This document shows, in pieces, positions 12,230 to 24,749 of a stretch of 64,000 nucleotides of DNA. Within the stretch, counting starts at the first letter, position 1; the number at the start of each line of letters is the position of its first letter. The DNA comes from Octopus sinensis (Eukaryota): assembly GCF_006345805.1 (NCBI RefSeq), contig NC_043004.1, positions 22,568,001 through 22,632,000 of the forward strand, in the 5' to 3' direction. The notes under the pieces were generated by a model. The model saw nothing but the letters and a program-made list of their open reading frames with translations, was not told where the DNA came from and made no database searches. The position numbers were made by a program, and so were the translations under genes.

Positions 12230-13110
12230 ATCTACGTGTGTGTTTTTGTGGGGCGGGCGGTGGTTGAAATCGAGACAGAGTTAGTCAGAAAATCAAGAGA
12301 AAGTGAAAGAGTGAAAGAAACTAAAGGACTTTTCCTACACATTTTATGTATGAATGAATGAACGTACGTATAATATTCCTCCGCTGCAACTGAAAAGTGT
12401 GCGCAGGCGCTTGTTTTGATAGAATTAGGTGTGACAGAGTGAGAAAGAAGAAACGAGTGATAAGTAGAAAGATAACGTGAGAGGTAGAGGCAAGACACGC
12501 GTGATAAGTAGAAAGGGTAGGAGAGAGACGGAGAGACAGAGAGACAGAGAGACAGAGAAGAGGAGGAGGAGGAGAAGGAGGAGGAAGTGTGAGTAAGTGA
12601 GTGAGTGAGTGAGCCACGAAGGAGGTTCGGGCGAGATAGATAGTGAGATAAAGTGGGTGAAAGAGAGAGAGAGAATGAATTAAGGTGAATATGTGTGTTT
12701 GTGTGGTTCTATCTATCTATCAGTGCGTGCGCGCTTGTTTGTGTTTATTCGTCTGAGTGGAGTGTTTTCTCTGCTCCTGTATATATAATAAATGTGGGAG
12801 ACTTCACATTGATGATCTTACCACGCCGAGGAATGCATAGACGGAATAACTTACTCGTTTGTTAAATAACCAAACAGCATTATAAAGCGCGTACACACAC
12901 AGACACACAAACACTCACACACCTACACACACATGCACGCATACATACACATACACACGCGCGAGCGCTCACACATGCATAGACGCACACACGCACACAA
13001 ATATATATACGCATAGTGTAAGAGGAATAGTGTGCGTGTGTGTTCGAGAGAGAGAGACAGAGAGAGAGTGAAAGAGAAAAAATGAATGAAACAGAGTGAG
13101 TGCGAAACGG
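12230..13110 (+). promoter_or_regulatory. Putative promoter/5' region of the NPR-like gene
   Basis: Locally more CpG-rich and GA-rich, with a GC-box-like GGGGCGGGCGG (12250-12260), a duplicated GTGATAAGTAGAAAG (12457-12471, 12501-12515) and a TATA-like motif near 12780. Supported by position only; no TSS evidence. Confidence 0.25.
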
Positions 13111-13301
13111 CGATTTGTATTTTGAAAGTTTAATATTTATATAAAATATGAAATTCTTCGGGAATATATAAATATTTACTTGTATTTAAATATGTCACAT
13201 AGTTTTACATTATTCCACGTTTAGCTTTAGCTCTGTGTGTGATTGAGTGTGTGTGTGTGTGTATATATATATATACATACATATATATATATATATATAT
13301 A

Positions 13302-13357
<56 letters not shown>

Positions 13358-13902
13358 ATGTGTGATTGAGTGTGTATGTATATGTATGTGTGTATATATG
13401 TCTGTATGCGTGTATACTTAGTTTCTATGCATGCGTAACCGTAGTTGCGTCTTTTTATGCGCGCGTTTGTTTGTGAATATCCGTTTGCCTGTGTATTTGT
13501 GTGAGTGCGATCACACTGTTTAGTGTAGAGAAAATATAGATAGCCGCATGCGTTTACAGATGCCGGTTCTAGCTTCACTGTAAAAGCAGGTTTCAATTTA
13601 ATTAATTGATTTTTCTTTTTGTTTTTTTTGGTTGCCTTTTTTTTTTTTTGAGGGAAACTATGACACGGAGATTTAGTATGTCTCGTGAGCAAGTGGAAAT
13701 ATGACACTAAGCGTGTTTCAGTGGTAAATAGTTCGTTCCTACGAGATAAAATGTTTCTATACTAATTTCTGCTGGCTACAACGAAACACAGATAACTAAT
13801 GATAACAATCAAATTTTTAAAACACAGTGAAACGTGGAATCAAGCGCGTTTATCATTTGATACTATTTAGTAATAGAATCTCTAGCTTTTTGCTAAAACT
13901 AA

Positions 13903-14617
13903 ATGAAAGTTCATAAAATGTCAACGAAAACAACATGCTATAGTTGTCTTACTATCTTCGGCATCCTTCTAAGTTTGGCAAAATTGGATCATGCCGTCCA
14001 AACAGTGTATATGGCTGTAATTATTCCGAGTGATAATAGTAGACTCTATTCTTTGGATCGCACCCAGCCAGCAATAACAGTGGCACTAGAAAAAGTCAGA
14101 CACACCATCTTACCATCGGATGTTGAGATCGTGGCTTTATATGCAGATTCTCGTTGCAGTAGCCAGCTTGGACCCATCAGAGCTTTCGATTTCTACAGTA
14201 ACAAAACAGTGAATGTATTTTTCGGCCCTGTTTGCGACTACAGCCTTGCACCGGTGGCACGTTATGCAGTGTACTGGAATCTACCCGTCGTCACCCCGGG
14301 GGCAATGGCGCACGATTTTGCTGCAAAAACTGAACCCAAGGATGAATATAAAACGCTTACTCGGATGGGAATTACATTTGACACATTGGGATTTTACTTT
14401 TTACAGATCCTTAAGGGCCATAAATGGGATCGGGCCAAACTCATCAGCCAATATAAAGGATATGACAGTATTTCACCTAATTTTTGTTATTTGGCTTCCA
14501 GTGCAATTGCTAAACATATGACAGCGAAAAGATTTCGATACGAGGAGCATATCTGGCTAGAACATACTCAAGATGCCAAACATGTCTTAAAGGAAAGCGT
14601 CGGGCTACGCTATGCAG
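13903..14617 (+). CDS. NPR1/NPR3-like: First coding exon of a natriuretic peptide receptor family protein (NPR1/NPR3-like; ANF-receptor ligand-binding domain, signal peptide)
   Basis: ATG at 13903 is preceded by an in-frame TAA. Hydrophobic signal-like segment CLTIFGILLSLAKL. Motifs AVIIP..YSLDRTQPAITVAL, ADSRCS, FFGPVCDYSLAPVARYAVYWNLPVVTPGA, EYKTLTRMG and FCY resemble vertebrate NPR3/NPR1 ectodomains. Donor GCAG|GTTGGT at 14617/14618 gives 715 nt (238 codons + 1, phase 1). Guanylyl-cyclase versus clearance type cannot be decided from this exon. Confidence 0.9.
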
Positions 14618-14915
14618 GTTGGTTTTTCAGTTTGCAGTTTAATTAATGAATTAATGATTTGTTTAATAATGTCAACAATTTGGTTTAACTTTTTAACTTA
14701 CATCGTTGTGTATATATATATATGTGTGTATGTGTAAGCGTGCATGTGTCGACTCAGGTATTAGCATGTGTAATTCTATAAAAGTTTCTTTTAGTGCGTG
14801 TGTGTGAGAGTGGGTGGGTGTATAACTATGTGCACCAGTAAGTATATGTGTTAGTGAGTGAGAATGCGATCTAATGTACACCTGCGTATGTGTGTGTTTG
14901 TTTATTTGTTTGTTG

Positions 14916-14968
<53 letters not shown>

Positions 14969-15387
14969 TGCATTTCCAAAGAACATCTGCAACAAGTTGT
15001 TTCCTATTTAAGGTTGGATTAATTTGTCCTGAAAGATCAAACATATGACTACTATTGTTCTAGCCGTGATCATCTATTACTGACATACTGTCTGTAGTCC
15101 TACATTATGAAATACCTATTTACTTATGCTAAAGAAAAGTAAAGTAGGAAAATGAGAATTAGCTGTCATGTCTTGCTTGATTTTCAGTAATTGCTGTAGG
15201 TGTCTCTCTGGATTAGACGAATAATTTAATTAGAATAAAATGATGAGTATATTGTCTTTAAATGCGATGTCAAAATAACAAGACAGCTAATTTGTTGAAA
15301 AGCAGGCTATAATCGACTTCTAGATGCTTTATCAAATTGTTCAGCCTATGACCATCACGTCTTAGTATATATATATATATATATATC

Positions 15388-15430
<43 letters not shown>

Positions 15431-15481
15431 ATGTGTGTGTGTGTGTATATATGTGTTTGTATGTATATATATATATATCTA

Positions 15482-15517
<36 letters not shown>

Positions 15518-16224
15518 CATATCATTACACACACACCACACACATATATATATATATTATATATATATATATATATATACATATATATACATACATATCA
15601 TTACACACACACACACACATATATATATATAAATCTAAATATTCATGTTTTGAATTTTGTTTACTATTTGTATCACTATATGTGTGTGTGTGTGTGAAGG
15701 AGCGGGAGAGTATATGCATGTATGTATGCATTTATGTATATTTGTATGTATGTATATGTATCTTCATAATAAGTGTACCATTTTTAAGGTTACATGTGAC
15801 ATTTAACTGCTATTTTTAGCATATCGACTACCCACGTGTAAGACTTCCTCATGGAGTCTCTCACCAGTATGATGCTGGTCTGGAGAAAGAGAACCAAACT
15901 AGGAAGTTTGAGGAATTGCTTCAGTTCTTAATTAAGATTTTTAATGCTGCTTCAAATGCAATTGTTGTTGTTCTTCTTCTACTGTTTCTTCTTCTCCTCC
16001 TTCTTCTTCTTTTAGGTGGTGGTGGTTGGTGTTTACACTTAGTTCTCATGTAGATTTATAATCAAATGTATTTCAATAGTAACTGGCTTAGGTATAATAT
16101 TTTCTCTTAAAAATAACGTATCAAGATCCCACTATTCAATCTGCCCTGTCTTTTCATATAACCAACTACATGAAAAAGTTTCGGCTACTATTTCTAGCAA
16201 GTTGAGGAACAGCTGAGTAGACTC

Positions 16225-16482
16225 AAATGTTTAATAGCTCAACAATGTTTGTCTATGGACCTCTTGATCCCTATTCTCTTCTACTGGACCCTGATAAACA
16301 TTCAATGTTTAAAAACGTCCCATTATATTTTATAATCAAATATCACTAAGAAGTATACAAACAAAATTGTTAAAATACTTTGAGCATTGTAAAAATGTAA
16401 CCAATTTGTTGCACATGAATTTTAACAGCAAAATCTTATATGGACACCCAAGGCCCATATGTATTCTGTTTGAGAACCACTG
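16225..16482. mobile_element. Probable hAT-type MITE remnant
   Basis: 3' end TTTGAGAACCACTG is typical of Charlie/MER5-like TIRs; the 5' end ..CTCAAC is degenerate. Confidence 0.4.
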
Positions 16483-17745
16483 TCCTAGATAAAGGCATCA
16501 AAGTACAGACACTTTGATAAGAAATGTTGGAATGCCCAACAAGCAGGGTATTTGATGATATTACGTTCACCGTCAGAAGGTGGGCGTAGCATTTCTTACC
16601 GTACATACCGGCAGAGAAGACATATTACCTCTCTGCCGTTTACTCACGATGGGGACCGGTTTTCAGCCAGTTAGACAGATTTGTTCAAATTGGGTCCCGC
16701 GCCAAGAGAGGGCTCCACACACGCCCTCGAGTAGAGGACGCTATGATGAACTTTTAGAATATCATTGTGGCTAATATTGGATGGAGCCTCAAGCCCTCAA
16801 CGCTTTTTTTCAGGGACTAGCATACAAAAAACATCAATCTTCAGATTTTGCAGAGTAGAGGGCCCTCACTGTCAATTTTCTAATTAGATCCTGCACCTCC
16901 TAGTACCGGCGCTGCTCATGACTTTCTCGAATCGGATAAATGCAGAGTTGAAATGAAGCTGCTTGCTCTGAACATAGCTTATGTTTCCATAGATTATGTA
17001 CGTTAATGGATCCAGCGTTACTGTTTAATACCAATCCAGCTGGTTGTTAGGATTGGTATTAAATACTTTTGTTTCAAAGCTGGCGTAAATACAATGCAAT
17101 TAAAATGTTAGATCTGAGGGAGTGGATGTAGTTTCGAATCCTGGTTAAAGCTATTAATTTTTAACTGTGTTGCTGATACCTTAGACACAGAAACAACCCC
17201 ACAAATTCTCAGTAGTTCCATGTTCCATAAAACAACTGGTCCACAACGAACATACGATTCAGACTTTAAATCGTTCGTCCATCAGTTAGAAACAGTAGTC
17301 AAATTTTCCTCAAATTACACCCAACCGTCATGAAAGCAAAGAGACGCATATGATAATGTAATCCTAGCAATAATATTGAGGAGATAAACAAGCCCCGATT
17401 TCTTATGCAACAAATACTACAATACATTTAAGTTGTATTTTATCAAAATAAATTGAAACACAATACGACTTACTTTCTGTTTAATTAACGTTAATATTTC
17501 TCTAAGTTTATAATTTTCACTAATTGCACGTATTTTTAATTATTAACGCGAAACGTTATCTCTGAAATGAATTAGTGTTGCAAGAATGTATGTTAAACAT
17601 TGTAGAAATAATTCCGTGTCTTTGTTTATATCTGTATATACACATATCTTTATGTGTGCTTACTCACACACACACACATAGTGATAGAGAGTGAGTGAAA
17701 GAGAGAGAGAGATAAGTAGAGCGGTAGATAGATAGATAGATAGAG

Positions 17746-17789
<44 letters not shown>

Positions 17790-17862
17790 GTAAAAGTACA
17801 TTCATGCAAATGCAAGTACACGAAAATTTGTGTTTAATATTTGTGTGTGTGAGTGTGTATAC

Positions 17863-17921
<59 letters not shown>

Positions 17922-18826
17922 TGTCTGTATGTACAGTGGTAATATATATGCGCTTGTACATACATATACATGCTTTTCGTATGTATAACGTATCACCATA
18001 CGTCAAGAAAATTTTATTGGCTTTGATAAGTAAAAGCAGTTTTTTTCACTAGGTTATGTTTCTAAAAGTAAAAAAAAAAGTATATATTTCTCTGCATACA
18101 CACACGCACACATTGACATACACCCACACAGTCTCTACGTATACGTGCGGTTATGTGTATGTCTATGCGTGTGCACAATGGTGTCCACGTGTGCGTTTGT
18201 GTGTGTGTGTGTGTGCGCGTATTCACACTCGCAAATGGTTTATACTGAGAGTTGCTATGTTTAGAAAAAAAACATAAGAACATTTATAGAAGATACATCA
18301 GACATTTGTATTTGTTAGTTGCAACTCCCAAGGTTTGGCAACTGTGTAGGACCTATATATGTGGGTGTTTTCTGTGTGCGTTTTGTGAGTGTGTATTTTG
18401 TGTGTGTTTGTGTTAAGTGTGTGGTTTGTGTTTTCTGTATTTGTTATGTGTGTGTATTGAGTGTGTGTATGTGTGTGGCGTATGTGCGTTTTGTGAGTGT
18501 GTTTATGTATGTGCGCGTTTACTTTGCGTGTGTATGTGTTATGTATGTTTGCTAATGCATGTGTTTAATTTATTTTTGTTTTATATTCATTTTTATTTTT
18601 ACAATTACTACAGATCTTGTATAAAATCTGAACATACCCTCATCCCTCGTTTTTTGTTAACCCTCGCATTTCACATACGCCAAACATCTGATCTATTTAT
18701 CTCTTCCCCTGTACCCAACCTAGTTCTACTGTTAATACTTTCACTCGCACACATCACCATGCGTGAGCGAGTGTGTGTGTGTGTGTGCGTATGTATGTGT
18801 ATATATATATATGAGTTATATATATA

Positions 18827-18861
<35 letters not shown>

Positions 18862-18877
18862 AGTGCATGTAAATATA

Positions 18878-19090
18878 TATAGTTCAGATTTGCAGAAAAC
18901 AAAAGATGATGAGACGATGAAAGGTGTAGGAAGAAGCAGGTGTATTAGTGTAATGCTCGGGAGAAATGGAAAAATCTCTTTTACATTTCGAGCCTACGCT
19001 CTTCAACAGAAAGTATTAAGAGAGAAAAAAAGGGGGGGGGGATGAAAAAAGAGGGAGAGAGAAAAAATGTGTAGAGTTCAACGGTACAAC
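18878..19090 (-). mobile_element. Short repeat family D (Penelope-derived terminal-repeat-like) with hammerhead-like motif
   Basis: Reverse complement matches 59882-60078; motif at 18978-19013 reads CTTT-CTGTTGA-A-GAGC GTAG GCTC-GAAAT-GT-A-AAAG. Confidence 0.7.
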
Positions 19091-19252
19091 ACTGTTGCAC
19101 AATATATGGATTGACCTTATCCAGTGGTACTCACAGTAAGTTCCTGCAGTGGATCAAGATGCAAAACTCATAGTAACCAAAAGAAAGGGCTAGGTATATA
19201 GTCCTATGTAGTTAAATTCCAGTAAGTCCAATTATTAATCATTATTTCGTTA

Positions 19253-19290
<38 letters not shown>

Positions 19291-19292
<2 letters not shown>

Positions 19293-19589
19293 GATTGAAC
19301 CTAGAAAGTTACCCTCCTAGACACAAGTCCGGGCAAGGTTGTTTATGGAAGACCAGCAGTCGCCCATGCATACCGGCCTCCCCTCTCCACGCCACCAGTG
19401 TTATCCAAGGAAAAAGCAAAGGGGTTGATACAGCTTGGCACCTGTGACGTCGCAACTCATTTCTACAGCTGAGTGAACTGCAGCAACGTGAAATAAAGTG
19501 CCTTGCTCAAGAACACAACACAAAGCCCGGTCCGGGATTCGAGCTCACAACCTCACGATCGTGAGCTCGACGCTCTAACCACTGAGCCA
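19291..19589 (-). mobile_element. CORE-type SINE with alternative 3' tail
   Basis: tRNA head and core shared with the 9499 element, but the tail (…GGACTTGTGTCTAGGAGGGTAACTTTC) is different. Confidence 0.85.
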
Positions 19590-19702
19590 AATATAAATAA
19601 GCATATTCAATTCATATCTCCTCCCTTTCTGCTTTCTATTATGTGTGTGTGTATGTGAGTATGTGTGTGTGTGCATATATATACTTAAATGTGCACATGT
19701 AT

Positions 19703-19755
<53 letters not shown>

Positions 19756-19802
19756 ATTGTATATATAAGGATGGAGGGTAAATAATATTCCTGAGTCATA
19801 TA

Positions 19803-20028
19803 GATTCACGGGGACAGTTACACAGTTTCCGTGACGCGCATATTACCCCAAATTCCCGGAACGTGACGCCGGTCCGTCCCAGGATTATTGATTTCAGCCA
19901 GCTGAGTAGACGGGAGCAACATGAAATGAAGTGTTTTGCTCAAGAACACAATGCATCGTCCGGTGAATGAAACGAAACCACAATCCGGCGATCTTAAGTT
20001 AAAATTCCGAATCACTAAGCTACGCCCT
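19803..20028 (-). mobile_element. CORE-type SINE copy
   Basis: Core GAGCAACATGAAATGAAGTGTTTTGCTCAAGAACACAA and a degenerate tRNA head. Confidence 0.7.
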
Positions 20029-21060
20029 CTACGTATGCACTTATACGCATTAATATATAGGTTAGCGTATAGTGAGTGCGTGCGAGTGCATCTGTGCGCC
20101 TGTGTGTGTATGTGTGCGCGTGTTTATGTGTGTGTGTACGTGTGTGTGCGTATGTGTGTATACGTGTGTGTGTATGTACGTGTATATGTATACGTGTTTG
20201 TGGGTGTGCGTGTGTTTGTATGTGAGTGTTTTTCCTTGCGTGTACGTGTGTTTCTGTGTGTGAGCCCTCGTGCACAGACTGTATTGTTTGAACACATTTT
20301 CTTTAGAATGAATCAAGGAAGAGTTTTTCGTGTGGTTTCATGTTTAGATATACTTCTCGTCGATCAATCTGTCAGCTTGAATATATTTATGATCTACCTG
20401 ATATATGAGAGCCTCGTCTCTTCTCACTTGTTTTCATAGAAACATGTACGATGTACAGTTTGACACAACGATAGAAAACTGAGTCACCATTTCAGAAACC
20501 ACCTGATACACTGTATAGCTCTTTAATTTTGAGAAACCTTGCTCAAGCACGGTGTAACATCTGATTGCAAGTAGTGGGAACTCAGTAAAACCGACTAGTA
20601 TCTCATTAGATTACATGTAAAAAATGTCTTCTGGTTGCGTAAAAATGGAGTCCTATTCTTATGGAAAGCAGAGTTAATACAGTACAAACCGAGGTAATGT
20701 ATTGAATTTAGTAACTGATCTTACAACGTAAATACGTGATTCGATCCGACATCATCTTTTTTAATGATAATTGGTAAATAAGGAATTAATATGACAAGGT
20801 GTAAAATGTAGGGCTTTAATCTTACATTTAAAGACCAGAGTAAAAAGGTTTTCAAAATGTGGACACTGGAAAGAGATGGGATCAGTTCAACCCCCAAAAC
20901 AATCATACATGCACAACATACGGGAAATAACATAACTGAGAGCAACTGATGTCGATATAATAGAAAATGCAAATCATTGAACTCATAAGAAATGCAGCGA
21001 GAAAGATTTCCAAAAAGCAATGAAATCAGGCAATAAAAGTATGATTGCTGAATAATAATA

Positions 21061-21107
<47 letters not shown>

Positions 21108-22021
21108 GGCAAAAAAATCTCTCTAATGCAAATACCCAAAGGGAGCTAATGGTGCCGATGTTGACAAAACCCTTAGCCATCAATGGTTGCTGTCTTCTGA
21201 ATTAAAATCAGAAACAGAAGGTTTTATCATAGCAGCCCAAGATCAATGCCTACCTACAAGGAACTACCAGGCCAACATATTAAAGGGTAGTAGCCCAACA
21301 CGTCGTGTCTGTCAACAACAACTATTGACCCTGTTGTCTCCAAGTGCAGTCTTCTAGCACCTACAGAGTATCTGAACAGGCATGATCGAGCTACACAATA
21401 TATTCACTGGTTAATTTGCAAAATCCTGGATCTGTCCCATGATAAAAACTGGTGGGAACACAAATCACCTACAGTGCTTGAAAATGATCACATCTTACTC
21501 CTCTGGAACTTCACCATTCAAACTGACAGAAAGATAGATATGAATAGGCCAGACATTATATTGAAAGACTTCAGACAGAAATCATGCCTCCTCATTGATA
21601 TGATTGTCCTAGTCGACATAAAGTGTCTGTCAAGACCTAGCAAAAACTTAGCAAGTATAAAGATCCTGTAATAGAAACTGGCAAAATGTGGAACACCAAG
21701 ACTAAAGCAATTGTCAAAGGTGCCCAAGGAATGATAACAAAATGGGCTGATTGCTACCTAGCTCATATACCAGGAAACCCCAAAATGGCAGAAATTGAAA
21801 AGATAGACAGTACGTAAAATACTGTCTATGTAATCTCAAATTTTAAAACGAACTTATAATTTTTTTGTTTTCTTTAACATTCTCTAGAACAACATTATGT
21901 GCAAAACCAAATATATGACACCTTAGGCATAACACCAACATGAACTTCTAACTTGTTGTCTCTTGAAGTCTCTGGGGGAGACTTGGAACCAACTTGTACA
22001 AATACAAAACAAAAGTCAAAC

Positions 22022-22023
<2 letters not shown>
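21108..22023 (+). mobile_element. 5'-truncated R4/Dong-clade non-LTR retrotransposon (zinc knuckle + restriction-like endonuclease + 3'UTR)
   Basis: Frameshifted translation gives ETEGFIIAAQDQ (21211-21246), decayed CCHC, EY..RHD, LLWNFTIQTDR, RPDI (21546-21557), LID and K..KYKD; flanked on both sides by (AAT)n. Confidence 0.85.
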
Positions 22024-22082
<59 letters not shown>

Positions 22083-22087
22083 TTATA

Positions 22088-22252
22088 GGCGCAGGAGTGG
22101 CTGTGTGGTAAGTAGCTTGCTAACCAACCACATGGTTCCGGGTTCAGTTCCACTGCGTGACATCTTGGGCAAATGTCTTCTGCTATAGCCCCGGGCCGAC
22201 CAATGCCTTGTGAGTGGATTTGGTAGACGGAAACTGAAAGAAGCCTGTCGTA

Positions 22253-22291
<39 letters not shown>

Positions 22292-22508
22292 ATGTGTTTG
22301 TGTGTCTGTGTTTGTCCCCCAAGCATTGATTGACAACCGATGCTGGTGTGTTTACGTCCCCGTCACTTAGCGGTTCGGCAAAAAGAGACCGATAGAATAA
22401 GTACTGGGCTTACAAAGAATAAGTCCCGGGGTCGACTAAAAGGTGGTGCTCCAGCATGGCCGCAGTCAAATGACTGAAACAAGTAAAAGAGTAAAAGAGT
22501 AAGAGTAA
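22088..22508 (+). mobile_element. SINE family A, near-intact reference copy
   Basis: GGCGCAGGAGTGGCTGTGTGG A-box region, GGTTCAGTTCC B-box-like, internal microsatellite, (AAAGAGT)n tail. Confidence 0.92.
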
Positions 22509-22952
22509 TAAGGGCACTCACCGAGTGCAAACCTCCGTCAAGGCAACAGTCCTCTCAATGATTAGCCAGGGATGACTATTAAATGAGAATAGCTGAAGTA
22601 AACTCGACTGTTCTGACAAACGAGAATACTAAAAATGAACCCAACGATTCTCAAAAATTAATTAAAAAAACAAGAAAAATAATCTAGAATCCTTGTCCGG
22701 TACCGGATCGATCCCCAAATCTAATCAGTTCGTGCCAGTCACCAGGCCAAACATCCCTGAACGTTTCATCCGAATCCATTCTGCGGTTCTTGAGATATTT
22801 TGTCCACGAACAAACAAGTAAACATACAAATATAGCTGGTGTCAGCCCATTTACCTCATTCAATAGATGATGACACAGGCTGTGCCGTCGCATGACCACT
22901 GCTTTGGGGATGAGACACATAACAGGGTAAATGTGTGTATATACATACATAC

Positions 22953-22994
<42 letters not shown>

Positions 22995-23898
22995 TCATAC
23001 ACATGCACGCATATACATTTAAATACACACATATAGATTTGTATGTATGTATTTATATATGTGTGAGTGTGTGTATGAAAGAATTTAAGATATGCTATAG
23101 AATGTTTTTCATCAATGAAACCTAAAATAAAAATCTATGTAAAAAGCCGTATCTATTAATGACATATAAATGTGTAAATAATAGTGACCTCATTCAGGCA
23201 TATATGCATGTAATATATGTGTATGTAGCATATAGGTGTATGTATATACTCTAAAACATACCCGTAAGTGTTCAAGGCCTGTGTAAGTGATAGCTTTGTG
23301 CTTCTGAGGAATTTTCTGTTTATGTTTATGGTACCGGTATTATTTTCTTTAGATATATGTGCGTGTCAAATATATAAGAATGGAAATTAAACGTCGTTAA
23401 ATTAACATACACAGGTTTCGAGTAACGTGTTAGGACTAGTTGAAATGGAGTAGGATTTTGTCACAATTAATATTCAAGCCTCCCTGTGGTATTGAAGAAC
23501 GCAAGTATCATATCAGAAATCTAGCATGATCTGGTAAATACAAATCTTAAATAGGTCTGTGTATAGTACCGCTCCACATCTTTTATTAATCAAAAATTGT
23601 TTTATTTACTAGTATCTATTTCCCTCAAAATTTTATCTATTCCAAGCTGTGTGGTGCAGTTTTGATAACTATAGGTTGGACTTAAATTTTCCTGTCTCTG
23701 TATAGTCTTATTCGATCAAATATGGGATCGATTAATATGCGTAATTACCGCAGCGCAGAATTTTGAAACTTAGCAAACTATCTGATTGTTCACTAGACAA
23801 TATAGTTGCTAAGTTTTATCTCTACAGAGTGATTATATTAAAATATATATACTCCAGCACATATATCAGTATGCATGTATTAGACCGCTTTCAATCTA

Positions 23899-24003
23899 AA
23901 TGGACCCAGGTTCAGTCTCACTGCGTGGCATATCTGGCATGTGATTTTTACTGCAGCCCCAGCCGACCAAAGCCAGACGGAAACTAAAAGAAACCCGTCC
24001 TAT
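23899..24003 (+). mobile_element. SINE family A 5' fragment
   Basis: GGTTCAGTCTCACTGCGTGGCA...GCCGACCAAAGCC..GACGGAAACT. Confidence 0.7.
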
Positions 24004-24096
24004 TTATACATAGGCCATAATTCGCTTTACCCACTATGATACTAATAAAGAAATGGATAAAGTAGCTTATGGCCATCCATGTATGTATGTATGTAT

Positions 24097-24650
24097 GTCA
24101 GGTCACTTTCGAGGGCTACTGGTAATATGTAACCCAGTACAACCTATTGCATGGTCGGGTCGTCGGCGACTAAACCGGTAACGCAACCAAGCTTGGTGAG
24201 GAGGGTGTTTATTGGACACCCTGCGGGATGAAAAACAAAACCCATCAAAGGGCGGAGGAACTCTTGAGAGTCAACGGCCATCCAATAAATGCCTTAAGGC
24301 TGTATCATGCGCGGGGACATAGAAATAATCGGACTGAATACCCGATCGCGCTGTTAAACCATTGGGAGTGAAGGACTCCCAGCCTTTGTTAGGGCAATTT
24401 TCTAGGAGAACGTAACTCAGGTAACTGGGATAACTCCGACATAAAACCTGCGGCTCAGTGGTTACCGATGATGTTGACTTGTTCTTCTTTTCGGATTATG
24501 GCTGCTGTTGCTTAGTGAGTGGGATTGACTCAGTGCACAGCCTTTCCTCACTTTAAAAAAAAACTTCTTGCACAGGCATTGCACTATAACAACATTGATT
24601 AAGCTTCCTACAATGGCCATACTCGATAACGAGGGGTAGCCACCATATGT
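24097..24650 (+). mobile_element. Probable RTE-clade LINE 5' UTR fragment
   Basis: GC-richer block starting right after (TATG)n; GGGCAATTTTCTAGGAGAACG...AAAACCTGCGGC resembles RTE 5'UTR motifs as I recall them; no ORF support. Confidence 0.4.
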
Positions 24651-24656
24651 GTGTAT

Positions 24657-24749
<93 letters not shown>

